This document shows, in pieces, positions 19,611 to 28,303 of a DNA stretch of 64,000 nt (position 1 is the first letter of the stretch; the number at the start of each line of letters is the position of its first letter). The position numbers and the translations under genes are program-made. This stretch comes from Patescibacteria group bacterium. Its GTDB lineage: Bacteria > Patescibacteriota > Microgenomatia > UM-FILTER-40-11. The stretch is taken from contig DATKVM010000005.1 in assembly GCA_035530075.1 (NCBI GenBank), positions 87,861 to 151,860 on the forward strand, written 5' to 3'. The notes under the pieces were generated by a model, which was not told the origin of the DNA, searched no databases, and was given only the letters and a program-made list of their open reading frames with translations.

Positions 19611-20159
19611 ATGAAAAGATTTGAAATTCCAGTTGATAAGGATCTGGTTATTCAATCCTGGAAACTGGAAAGTGCGGCTGAATTATTTCAACTAACCGAT
19701 AAAAACAGGAAACAACTCCAAGGATGGTTAGTTTGGGTTCCAGAAACAAAGGGGGAAGAAGATTCCCGAAAATTCATCCAAAGGTGCCTTAAAGAGTATG
19801 AGGAGCAAACCGGTTTGGAATTGGGAATTTGGTATAAAGATAAATTAATTGGTTGTATCGGACTTCATGATATTAATAAAAACAGCCGAAGAGCTAGCAT
19901 TGGTTATTGGTTAGCAGCTGAATATCAAGGAAAGGGAATAATGACAAAGGCAGTCAGGAATTTAATAAATTTTGGCTTCAAGAAGCTCGATTTAAACAGA
20001 ATCGGTCTTGGGGCGGGAAAAGAAAACTTAAAAAGCCGAGCAATTGCTGAAAGACTAGGATTTACCCAAGAAGGAACTTTAAGGAAATATGAGTTTATTG
20101 ATGGCCGATTTGTTGACCATGTAGTCTACAGTATTCTTCAAGAAGAGTGGAAGGGATAG
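19611..20159 (+). CDS. GNAT family N-acetyltransferase (RimL/RimJ-like)
   Basis: ...IGCIGLHDINKNSRRASIGYWLAAEYQGKGIMTKAV...RIGLGAGKENLKSRAIAERLGF typical of RimL-type GNATs. Confidence 0.8.
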   Translation: MKRFEIPVDKDLVIQSWKLESAAELFQLTDKNRKQLQGWLVWVPETKGEEDSRKFIQRCLKEYEEQTGLELGIWYKDKLIGCIGLHDINKNSRRASIGYWLAAEYQGKGIMTKAVRNLINFGFKKLDLNRIGLGAGKENLKSRAIAERLGFTQEGTLRKYEFIDGRFVDHVVYSILQEEWKG

Positions 20160-20169
20160 AATTAAAGAG

Positions 20170-20508
20170 ATGCGGCCCATTGCCCCTTATTTAAAAAAGA
20201 ACCGACTTCTTTTTTGGAAAATAATCCTTTGGTTGATTTTGCTTTACGCCATCCAACACACAGTAAGAGATATCCTTCAGCAGTTCTTTGGAATTAATAA
20301 TGTCTTTACGGGATTCGCTCACAGAGAAGCCTCGAACGCCATCTGGTGCGGGCAGTATTGTAAATGGACCACTCTTCCGGTAAAAATCTTTTATATCTTT
20401 TCCTCAATTTATCTCTTGCGGAAGCAAAAATTTGGTTGGTTGGGATGGATGATGATTATCATTATTATCCCTGTTCTTCTTCAATACCTCGACCTTATTA
20501 TTAAATGA
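20170..20508 (+). CDS. Hypothetical membrane protein (112 aa)
   Basis: Two or three hydrophobic segments; only ORF-level support. Confidence 0.3.
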   Translation: MRPIAPYLKKNRLLFWKIILWLILLYAIQHTVRDILQQFFGINNVFTGFAHREASNAIWCGQYCKWTTLPVKIFYIFSSIYLLRKQKFGWLGWMMIIIIIPVLLQYLDLIIK

Positions 20509-20533
20509 GATTCCCCCTTGCCCCAAATTTTCG
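20509..20533 (+). repeat. Island motif copy 5: attcccccttgccccaaattttcgg
   Basis: Immediately after the stop of the 20170-20508 ORF; no plus-strand gene follows directly (a minus-strand gene does). Confidence 0.6.
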
Positions 20534-20542
20534 GTTTTTCTT

Positions 20543-20914
20543 TTAGCGAAAAAGGCGTTCCATGGAGAAATACGAAGAATGGATTATCTCTCCTACTTCC
20601 AAAAACCTAAAAACTAGGATAGTCACTAAATTCACCACTAAAAATATTGTCAGAATTTTTAATGGCCTGGTTTTGCTTTTAAACCAGAGGAAAGCAAACA
20701 AAAATAATTCCGCTAAACTCATAAATATTCCTAAATACAACGGCTGGGTTTCATTATAATGGAGATTTAAAGCCGGGAAAGGAAGATAAAACAAAAACCC
20801 TTGCCCAAGCAGTAAGCCGTCAGAAGGGAAAATTTTATTAGCAAGAGAATTCCCAACCACCAAAAAAAGAGAGTAAAGCAAAATTGCCGTCGTCCCTTTT
20901 ATTACCTTGGCCAT
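20543..20914 (-). CDS. Hypothetical polytopic membrane protein (123 aa)
   Basis: Four hydrophobic helices; the only minus-strand gene inside the island. Confidence 0.4.
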   Translation of the reverse strand: MAKVIKGTTAILLYSLFLVVGNSLANKIFPSDGLLLGQGFLFYLPFPALNLHYNETQPLYLGIFMSLAELFLFAFLWFKSKTRPLKILTIFLVVNLVTILVFRFLEVGEIIHSSYFSMERLFR

Positions 20915-20929
20915 AGTCTAATTGTATCA

Positions 20930-20955
20930 CTTTCCCCTTGCCCCCGAATTTTCTG
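20930..20955 (+). repeat. Island motif copy 6: tttccccttgcccccgaattttctga
   Basis: About 95 nt upstream of the ATG at 21053; TATAAT at 21037-21042. Confidence 0.7.
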
Positions 20956-21052
20956 AAGTCTTATTCTGGAAGAAAAATTGCTTGGGAAACCTGGAACTCT
21001 CTAAACCTATAATTTGACAAAGTTTGGAAAGCTTTCTATAATTCCAACCCAT

Positions 21053-21574
21053 ATGGCAACAGAAGATTTAACCGGCAGGCAAGACATCCCAGTTTCACGG
21101 ATCCGAACCTTGCAAGAAGGTGTTGAAGACGTAAGGACTCTACTTGGAGGAATGACAGATACGATTTTGCCTCAAGGTAGAGAGGTAATTCAACTACAAC
21201 GAGAAAATTATCAATCAAGAACCTTCCAAAGAGCAGCTTTTGATGCAATGCCAGAAAGGTATGGTCGCTTCGATAGGTCTCTAATCATTATCACTTTTGA
21301 CAATAGAGCCCAAACATTTATCGTAACCGGAAGAACTTCGTCAGGAAATCCTTTTGAAGTAATGCACGCAACAATGGAGGGTTTAGATTTAAGAGGAACA
21401 CATACTGTAATCTATGAATATGACGGAAATGAAACCATTGTTGAAAGAAATCCCACGGGAGAAATTAACACTTGCCAGGGAGAATACGGCAAACCGGAAG
21501 CATTACTGCCACTTATCAGAAAAAGATTGGGTATCTTAGTGGGGGAGGAATTTATACAACCCCAAGAAGGCTAA
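21053..21574 (+). CDS. Hypothetical protein (about 173 aa from ATG 21053; the ORF track starts at TTG 21014)
   Basis: MATEDLTGRQDIPVSRIRTLQEG...; no recognisable domain; TATAAT 10 nt upstream of the ATG. Confidence 0.5.
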   Translation: MATEDLTGRQDIPVSRIRTLQEGVEDVRTLLGGMTDTILPQGREVIQLQRENYQSRTFQRAAFDAMPERYGRFDRSLIIITFDNRAQTFIVTGRTSSGNPFEVMHATMEGLDLRGTHTVIYEYDGNETIVERNPTGEINTCQGEYGKPEALLPLIRKRLGILVGEEFIQPQEG

Positions 21575-21589
21575 TCTCTTCCAAGCTAA

Positions 21590-21617
21590 TTTTTCCCCTT
21601 GCCCCCGAATTTCCTGA
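21590..21617 (+). repeat. Island motif copy 7: tttttccccttgcccccgaatttcctga
   Basis: Followed by TGgTAGAAT and the ATG of the NUDIX gene 20 nt later. Confidence 0.7.
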
Positions 21618-21636
21618 TTTCTGGTAGAATTGGGTT

Positions 21637-22155
21637 ATGGCTGATTTTCAAAAAGTCCCAAAACTGGGAGATGAATATTTATATATCCCTTTTGTCGGGG
21701 CAATCATTGAAAGAAGTTTCCAGGGAGAAAAACAAATCTTAGTCCAAACCAGGGTAAAGAAGGTGGATGTAAAATACAGCGGCAGTTTGGAAATTCCTGG
21801 GGGAAAATTAAGGGCCTTTGAAGATGTTTACGAAACCCTAAGAAGAGAGGTAAAAGAAGAGTGCGGCTTAGAACTTATTTCTATTGAAGGAGAGGATAAG
21901 AGAGAGTCGTTTATCAACCGAGAGGATAAATCAGACTTGATTGAACCGCTCTGTGTTACTCAAATGAAAAATGGTCCATTTATTGGCTTAATTTTTCTTT
22001 GCCGAGCGGAAGGGGAACCTTTAATCAAAACCGATGAAACGAAAGAGGCTCAATGGATGAACGTTAGTGAACTGAAGAAAATCGTTGAAGAAACTCCGGA
22101 ACAAATATATACTGCTTTTTTGGCTCCTCTGAAAAAATATATAAGGCAAGTTTAG
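21637..22155 (+). CDS. NUDIX hydrolase (second, divergent)
   Basis: Nudix box GGKLRAFEDVYETLRREVKEECGL. Confidence 0.75.
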   Translation: MADFQKVPKLGDEYLYIPFVGAIIERSFQGEKQILVQTRVKKVDVKYSGSLEIPGGKLRAFEDVYETLRREVKEECGLELISIEGEDKRESFINREDKSDLIEPLCVTQMKNGPFIGLIFLCRAEGEPLIKTDETKEAQWMNVSELKKIVEETPEQIYTAFLAPLKKYIRQV

Positions 22156-22160
22156 TAATT

Positions 22161-22177
22161 GTTCCCGAATTTTTTGA
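22161..22177 (+). repeat. Island motif copy 8 (truncated): gttcccgaattttttga
   Basis: Followed by GGTAGAAT and the ATG at 22203. Confidence 0.5.
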
Positions 22178-22202
22178 TTTCTTCTTTTGGTAGAATTAGT
22201 AA

Positions 22203-22817
22203 ATGAGTAATATCGCTTCAGCAAAAGCATTTGGGCGCTTTGCAACTTCAATAATCCCTCAAAAAGCCACTGATCAAGAAAAAATAGAAGTTATCCAAAA
22301 AGCAGCCAAAAGATACAACTCAGCTGCAGAACCCGAAAAACAGATTTCTCTTTTGTATCATTTTACTGACACGCAAGGAGCGCAGGCAATCAAAGAAACG
22401 CAAATAATAGGTAGAAGAGGGGCAAGACTATATCTTACCCCCGTTTCTCCTAAAATGGCTCAACCATTATGTTCGCCTGAAAATGCCCGCGGGTATGAGA
22501 AATATTTTCGGGACAAAGTTATGCCGGCAAACCTAAAAGAACACTTGGAAAGATTTGTTCTCGGACTTAAGTTTAAATGGGAATATGGTATCCAAATGAA
22601 GGCAAGACAAAAGAAAGGAGAAGCAGTTATTCCCGTTGGAGCTCACAAGCTGGAGAATGTGTTCGCGCTAGCCACTAAAGTCAATAACCCCTCTCTTAAA
22701 AGAGACCAGCAGGGAGAAATTTATATTGAAAAGCCCGTTAAAACAGGTACCGGTTCTGAATTTAGCGTTTTTGGACCGTATAGGCCTGTTACGCCTGGAA
22801 GGTATAAAGCTAGATAA
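22203..22817 (+). CDS. Hypothetical protein (204 aa); its C-terminus is duplicated as a fragment at 19015-19110
   Basis: No domain recognised; ...LLYHFTDTQGAQAIKETQIIG...; 3' end followed by a GC-rich hairpin at 22837-22880. Confidence 0.55.
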   Translation: MSNIASAKAFGRFATSIIPQKATDQEKIEVIQKAAKRYNSAAEPEKQISLLYHFTDTQGAQAIKETQIIGRRGARLYLTPVSPKMAQPLCSPENARGYEKYFRDKVMPANLKEHLERFVLGLKFKWEYGIQMKARQKKGEAVIPVGAHKLENVFALATKVNNPSLKRDQQGEIYIEKPVKTGTGSEFSVFGPYRPVTPGRYKAR

Positions 22818-22898
22818 CGAGATAACAATCTAGCAACCCGCCTGCCTTCGCCTAATGGCAAAACCCATGGCGGGCAGGTGTAACAATGAAACAATAGA

Positions 22899-22925
22899 AT
22901 CTCCCCTTGCCCCCGAATTTTCTGA
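22899..22925 (+). repeat. Island motif copy 9: atctccccttgcccccgaattttctga
   Basis: Part of the 22713-22927 direct repeat that matches 19015-19190. Confidence 0.7.
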
Positions 22926-23109
22926 GGCCGGTTTTGGACTTTGGGGTAACTTATGTTTGCCTGTTAAAGGCTATTGTGATATACTACTTTCAGAACAGAT
23001 TGGAACTAATCAATTTGTTTAAATTTGATTTTGCCTCTCGAAGGACAGAGACTTCTCCAATTTAGACAGCTTCATTCGTTTACAATCAGTTTGCAGGAGG
23101 AGGCAGTCA

Positions 23110-23373
23110 ATGACTAATCCAGCGGGAAATGTTTGCATTCGTTGCGGTAAAATCCGGGTAATCGCCAAGACCTGGGAAGAACAATCAGGGACATCGACCC
23201 TTACCTGCTCTTCTTTTGTCTGCCCGAATGCGGATTGTCAAAAAATTGTCGAGAAAGAGTTGGCTAAAAGGAAAAGGGACAAAGAAACGAGCGAAAGAGA
23301 ACGGGCAGAAAGAATCCTAGCCAACAGAAAACCTCGTCCCGCCTCGCCGGGAGAAAAGAAAGACAAGAGGTAA
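23110..23373 (+). CDS. Small zinc-ribbon protein with a K/R/E-rich tail (87 aa)
   Basis: CIRCGK...CSSFVCPNADC four-Cys pattern; strong SD GCAGGAGGAGG upstream. Confidence 0.5.
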   Translation: MTNPAGNVCIRCGKIRVIAKTWEEQSGTSTLTCSSFVCPNADCQKIVEKELAKRKRDKETSERERAERILANRKPRPASPGEKKDKR

Positions 23374-23374
23374 T

Positions 23375-23671
23375 TTATTTTTTCTTGCGCCAGAAGAACC
23401 TTTTGCTGGGCTTACTTATTTTCTTCACTACCGGCTCAATCTTTTCCGGTAATTCTTCTACCTTTTCCAAAACCGCTTTCCCCAGCTCTCCCCCTTTTTC
23501 CGCCGCTTCTTTACTAAAATCTTCCAGGCTCTCCAAAATCTCTTTACCTTTGGCAATCAGTTTCTTTTTATCTTTTTCATCTGCCACGGCCAAATAGGAA
23601 GCCACTGCCCCGGCTAACCCACCAACAACTATCCCTAGCCAAAAGCCATTGTGATTTTCTTCATTCTCCAT
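23375..23671 (-). CDS. YtxH-like small membrane-anchored protein
   Basis: N-terminal TM with GxxxGxxxA spacing followed by a K/E-rich coiled region. Confidence 0.45.
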   Translation of the reverse strand: MENEENHNGFWLGIVVGGLAGAVASYLAVADEKDKKKLIAKGKEILESLEDFSKEAAEKGGELGKAVLEKVEELPEKIEPVVKKISKPSKRFFWRKKK

Positions 23672-23957
23672 TCTTTTTAGCCTCCGAAGTTTTCTTGCCT
23701 GAGCGGTTCTTAATAAAGAAATTAAATAAATCCGTTCCGCTTTTTAGGCCGGTCACAAAACCGGAAATGCCGGCAATCGGCTTGGCTATCGAAGAAGTAA
23801 CTACTTGAAAATCATCCACAATTTTATTGGTTTTTTTCATCATTGTCTTTAGCTCGCTCAAAATGTGGATAACCTGAATACCGGCAATGGTTAAAAGAGT
23901 CGTTAAAACAGCCACAACAAGGAAAAGAAGAATTTGATTAAGGTAAGGTATTTGCAT
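23661..23957 (-). CDS. Small membrane protein (DUF948-like)
   Basis: Single N-terminal TM followed by an amphipathic region; 98 aa. Confidence 0.4.
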   Translation of the reverse strand: MQIPYLNQILLFLVVAVLTTLLTIAGIQVIHILSELKTMMKKTNKIVDDFQVVTSSIAKPIAGISGFVTGLKSGTDLFNFFIKNRSGKKTSEAKKNGE

Positions 23958-24015
23958 TTGGCTAAATCTAGTCTAAGAGTTTCCGAAAACCTTGTCAACG
24001 GTTAAGCAAGGAGAT

Positions 24016-24648
24016 TTACTCTACCTTCACTTTTAAAGTGACTGTCCTTTTTTTCCCCTGACGGTTACTGGATTCTACAATCAGCATATTCTCCCCCCGT
24101 GGCAAAATAATTTCTTCCTTGAAGCTTCCGTCTTCGGCAATAGAAATGAGACTGCCATTGATTTTCACCGAAGCATCTTTATCGGTTTTACCTACTATTG
24201 GCACTTTCTCCTTAAAAAGCTGGCCATCTTTCGGCGAAGTCACCTCCAAAGGAGGCGCGGAAGAAAAACTCATATATTGCCGGACAAAGAAAAAGACAAA
24301 GCCCAAAATCAAAAGGGAGACCCCGGCAATGAGCGTGGCCTTGGGCGTCCAGTAATAATTTTTCTCGGCCAAAGACTCCACCATTCCTCGGGGAATAATT
24401 TGTCCCTTTTGGTTTTCCCGAAAATCCCGCCGGAAAACCGCCAAAACGCTGCTCACTTCTAACTCCAAAGCTTGGGCGTAATTACGGATAAAGCCCTTAA
24501 CAATGGTGCTTTCCGCGATGACGGCAAAATCATTCTTTTCAATTGCTTCCAGATACTTGCGCCGGATTTTGGTTTCCTTTTCAATTTCTTCTAAAGAAAG
24601 CCCCAAGTCTTTTCTTTTTTCGGAAAGAATTTCGCCGACAGTCCTCAT
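24016..24648 (-). CDS. rodZ: RodZ-like cytoskeleton protein (XRE-type HTH + TM + C-terminal domain)
   Basis: N-terminal HTH LSEKRKDLGLSLEEIEKETKIRRKYLEAIE, one TM, C-terminal beta-rich domain. Confidence 0.65.
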   Translation of the reverse strand: MRTVGEILSEKRKDLGLSLEEIEKETKIRRKYLEAIEKNDFAVIAESTIVKGFIRNYAQALELEVSSVLAVFRRDFRENQKGQIIPRGMVESLAEKNYYWTPKATLIAGVSLLILGFVFFFVRQYMSFSSAPPLEVTSPKDGQLFKEKVPIVGKTDKDASVKINGSLISIAEDGSFKEEIILPRGENMLIVESSNRQGKKRTVTLKVKVE

Positions 24649-24654
24649 GAAGCT

Positions 24655-26721
24655 TTAACCTTCCTGGGAAGCGTAATCGCCGGCATTTTTCATTAACACT
24701 TCTCTTGGTTTGGCTCCCTCTCCCAGGCCAATAATGCCTGCCGCTTCCAGCTGGTCAATAATGCGAGCCGCCCGGTTATAACCAATCGATAGTCGCCGCT
24801 GCAGCAAAGAAGCGGAGGCCCGGTCAAACTGGCAAACAATTTTCACCGCTTCCTCAAAAAATTCATCTCGGTCGCCGGCACCCCCCGCCCCACCGCCAGC
24901 AGCTGGTCCCACATCTTCCGTCACTTCTTCGGTATAAACCGGCCGGACGCCGGTTTTGTTCAGGAATTCAATGAGCTTCTGAACCTCACCATCGGAAACA
25001 AAAGCACCTTGAATCCGACTCGGTTTAGCCTGATCCGGCGGAATATAAAGCATATCTCCTCGACCCAAAAGCTTCTCCGCCCCCGGGCTGTCTAAAATTA
25101 CCCGAGAGTCAGTCATTGAGGCGACGGCAAAGGAAAGCCGGGCCGGAATGTTGGCCTTAATTAAGCCTGTCAAAACATCAACGGAGGGTCGCTGAGTCGC
25201 AATCACTAAGTGAATTCCTGTTGCTCGGGCCATTTGGGCCAGGCGGCAGATATTATCCTCCACTTCCGCCGGGGCAAACAAAATAATATCAGCCAGCTCG
25301 TCAATGATAATGACAATGTAGGGCAAGGCCTGGAAACCGGAAAGCTCATTAAACATTTCAATATTACGCGCTCCTGCCTGGGCAAAGAGCTTGTAGCGAC
25401 GGTCCATTTCCCGAGTGGCCCACTTTAAAGCCTTAACGACATTTTCCGGCTCGACAATCACCGGCGTTAGCAAATGAGGCACACCGGCGTATTGAGTGAA
25501 TTCTACTCGTTTAGGGTCAACTAAGATTAGTCTCACTTCAGAAGGAGTGGTCCGAAAAAGGAAAGTGGAAATCCAAGAGTTAAGGAGAACCGATTTTCCG
25601 CTACCGGTTTGGCCGGCAATCAAAACATGAGGCATTTTACTGATGTTGGCTGTTTTTGGCTGGCCAGAAACATCTAACCCCAAGGGGGTCAAAAGCTTGT
25701 TTTTTGGATCGCGCATCGCGGAGCTACTAAGAATTTGCCTTAGGGTCACTATTTCCAAAGAGCGGTTAGGCAGTTCAATTCCCACTAAAGACCGGCCGGG
25801 AATCGGCGCTTCCACCCGGATTTGGCCGGTCGGGGCCGCTAAAGCTAAGGCTAGGTCATTGGCTAAAGCGGTAATTTTAGAAAGCTTGGTCCCTAAAGCA
25901 ACTTCAATCGCATATTGAGTCACTGCCGGCCCATCATTAATTTCCACCACCCGGGCAGAAATGCCAAAAGAATCAAATGTCCGTTCAATGGTCGCCGCAT
26001 TGGTCTTTACATCCCCTCGGTCTGCTTTACCCCCGGCACTATCAATTAAGAGCGAAAGGGGCGGATAATTCCAAACCGCATTTTGCGCCCCCGGCACATT
26101 GGCTGCCGCTGCCGGTAAATCTTCGATTTCATCTGTCCCCGGCTTTGTCTGCTCCCGAGTCATTTCAGAACGAGTCACCACCGATTTATTCCCCAACTTC
26201 CCCTGAATAAATTGAGGGGTCTTCGCTTTACCCGAGACGCCTCTAAAAGAGCGGAAAAATTCCAAAACCGCTAAGATAATTTGGTCAAATGAAGTATTCG
26301 AAAGAACCACAAAACCAACCAGGGTGCAACTCACCAAAACTAAATAAGTCCCCACCGGCGTGATTAAATAAGCCAACTGGGCAAAAATTTGCTCGCCCAC
26401 CAAACCGGACTTAGTTAAGCTCATTAAGGCCGTGGCCATCAACCCTCCACCCGCTAAAACCGCCGCCTGATTCCAGGGAAGGTCAAACCGCGTCAGCATT
26501 AACCCGCCTAAGAGGGAGAAAAAAACCAAGAAAATCGTTCCCCAGCCGAAAATCTTTAACAAAAACAAATTGAGTTGATATAAAACTATTCCCTGTTGAG
26601 TAAAAGAAAGCGCTACCAATAAGGCAAAACAAAAAAGGAAAATGTAAGAAATAGAGTAAAGGGCGTCTTTTTTAAGCTTCAGCCGAAAACGGCGCTTTAA
26701 CCAACCTTTTCTCCTGGCCAT
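24655..26721 (-). CDS. ftsK: DNA translocase FtsK/SpoIIIE
   Basis: Four N-terminal TM helices; Walker A GQTGSGKS; gamma domain ...LLQRRLSIGYNRAARIIDQLE. Confidence 0.92.
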   Translation of the reverse strand: MARRKGWLKRRFRLKLKKDALYSISYIFLFCFALLVALSFTQQGIVLYQLNLFLLKIFGWGTIFLVFFSLLGGLMLTRFDLPWNQAAVLAGGGLMATALMSLTKSGLVGEQIFAQLAYLITPVGTYLVLVSCTLVGFVVLSNTSFDQIILAVLEFFRSFRGVSGKAKTPQFIQGKLGNKSVVTRSEMTREQTKPGTDEIEDLPAAAANVPGAQNAVWNYPPLSLLIDSAGGKADRGDVKTNAATIERTFDSFGISARVVEINDGPAVTQYAIEVALGTKLSKITALANDLALALAAPTGQIRVEAPIPGRSLVGIELPNRSLEIVTLRQILSSSAMRDPKNKLLTPLGLDVSGQPKTANISKMPHVLIAGQTGSGKSVLLNSWISTFLFRTTPSEVRLILVDPKRVEFTQYAGVPHLLTPVIVEPENVVKALKWATREMDRRYKLFAQAGARNIEMFNELSGFQALPYIVIIIDELADIILFAPAEVEDNICRLAQMARATGIHLVIATQRPSVDVLTGLIKANIPARLSFAVASMTDSRVILDSPGAEKLLGRGDMLYIPPDQAKPSRIQGAFVSDGEVQKLIEFLNKTGVRPVYTEEVTEDVGPAAGGGAGGAGDRDEFFEEAVKIVCQFDRASASLLQRRLSIGYNRAARIIDQLEAAGIIGLGEGAKPREVLMKNAGDYASQEG

Positions 26722-26797
26722 AAGGAAATTATAACAGCTAGGGCCAAAGAGTGGAAGAGTTGAAGTATTCAGTTTATGATGACCTTAGCCAAATTAT

Positions 26798-28303
26798 ATG
26801 AGCAAAAGTGTCGCCACCTTCTGTTTGGGAGTTATTCTTCTTACGGGCTTTTTAATTAAAGTTATCCCTCCAAAAAATAATAATTTTTACTTTACGATGG
26901 ACCAGGGGAGAGACAGTATTCAAGTTCGAGAAATCTTAGCCCAGCATCGCCTACCTTTAAAAGGACCCGAAACCGGCATTCCCGGATTTTTTGCCGGCCC
27001 GCTCTGGTATTACTTTATTGCTAGCGGTTACTGGTTTTCCCGCGGTCACCCTTTCGGGGCTCTTTTCACCCTTATCCTCCTTAACACTCTCTTAACCGGT
27101 ATCCTGATGTGGCAGCTTACCAAAAAGGTTTCTCTCTCCGCTGCCTTTTCGATCGGGATTTCTCTTCAGTTTTTTTGGCCGTTCTATGACACTTCCCGTT
27201 ACGCTTTTAATCCCTTCCCCCTGGTTTTTCTTTCTTTTCTCTTAATTCTTCTTTTAACTAAAGTGCTGGAAGGGAAAGAAAAATATTTTCTCTTTGCTGC
27301 CCTTCCGGTCGGGCTGGCTTTTCAAACTGAAATCGCTGGCGCGATTGCCTTCCTCCTTTTTTTCCTCTTCCTCGGCGGGGTTTTTATCGCTAAGCATATT
27401 ATTGCTCCCAAAATCTTGGCCGCAGCGATTTTATTAATCTCTTTTTTCTTTTTACCCCATGTAATCTCGGAACTAAATTCTAACTTTGCTCAAGCCAAAG
27501 CTTTGCTCAATCACCTCACTGCCACCGAGAGCGTGCTTGCCGGCACCAATTTTAAAGTTATTTCCGTTGAGTTTTTAGGACTGATTAGCCAAAGCGCGAT
27601 TCCTCAAAGTCCGCTTGTAAGCTTACTTTTATTTTTGGCGACGGGATTCCTTTTTATTCGCTCAAAAACTAATGATTTTACTAAACGATTCGTCTATCTA
27701 ACCTTAATCATCTTTTTCATCTCTTGGCTTTGGTTTAGTAGCAGTAAGGGGTGGCAGACCTGGCAGACCGTTTATCTACCCCCACTTCTTTTCGTTTCAC
27801 TCATCTTAATGATTTGGCAGCTGCCCAAGAAAATCGCTTTGGTGGTTTTAACTTTGCTTCTGGCCTCCCAATTTTGGTTTTTCAAAGACCGCTATTTTCA
27901 AAACCTTTACCCCTCAGATGATCCAAGTTTGCTTTCAAACGAAATCAAGGCCGTTGATTGGGTTTACCAACAGGCTGAAGGCAAGGGGTTTTTTGTTTAT
28001 CATTATCTTCCTTCCGTTCTTGATTATCCTTATCAATATCTTTTTGGGTGGTATGGGCGGCAAAAATATCACTACCTCCCTTGTGAATATTCCAGTTACC
28101 CCGGCTCACCTAAACTTTTTATTCGTGACAGCCAAAAGTATCAAGAACCCCAAAGACCTTGCACCAAACTGCGGTTCTTAATTATTGAACTAGACGAGAA
28201 TCTGGAAAATCAGAACCGCTGGCTGGAAGGAACTAGAGAAGGAACGACACCCGTTAAACAAAGTGAAGTGGGGAAAATCAAGATTGAGATGAGATCTTAT
28301 TAA
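26798..28303 (+). CDS. GT-C type membrane glycosyltransferase (PMT/ArnT-like) with a C-terminal soluble domain
   Basis: 501 aa, about 10 TM segments, conserved acidic loop near the N-terminus; paralogous in architecture to 56789, 58446 and 60210. Confidence 0.55.
   Translation: MSKSVATFCLGVILLTGFLIKVIPPKNNNFYFTMDQGRDSIQVREILAQHRLPLKGPETGIPGFFAGPLWYYFIASGYWFSRGHPFGALFTLILLNTLLTGILMWQLTKKVSLSAAFSIGISLQFFWPFYDTSRYAFNPFPLVFLSFLLILLLTKVLEGKEKYFLFAALPVGLAFQTEIAGAIAFLLFFLFLGGVFIAKHIIAPKILAAAILLISFFFLPHVISELNSNFAQAKALLNHLTATESVLAGTNFKVISVEFLGLISQSAIPQSPLVSLLLFLATGFLFIRSKTNDFTKRFVYLTLIIFFISWLWFSSSKGWQTWQTVYLPPLLFVSLILMIWQLPKKIALVVLTLLLASQFWFFKDRYFQNLYPSDDPSLLSNEIKAVDWVYQQAEGKGFFVYHYLPSVLDYPYQYLFGWYGRQKYHYLPCEYSSYPGSPKLFIRDSQKYQEPQRPCTKLRFLIIELDENLENQNRWLEGTREGTTPVKQSEVGKIKIEMRSY

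Noticed and set aside
21014-21052. TTG start at 21014 for the 21-kb hypothetical gene
   Set aside because: ATG at 21053 has TATAAT 10 nt upstream and avoids an N-terminal extension; TTG start not excluded.
17879-22925. Interpreting the island motif as a sigma-54 (-24/-12) promoter or as an integron attC
   Set aside because: The TTGC is not preceded by GG at the right spacing, there is no TGGCAC, the motif is not an imperfect palindrome, and the distance to downstream -10-like elements varies by 17-24 nt. Left as an unassigned conserved element.
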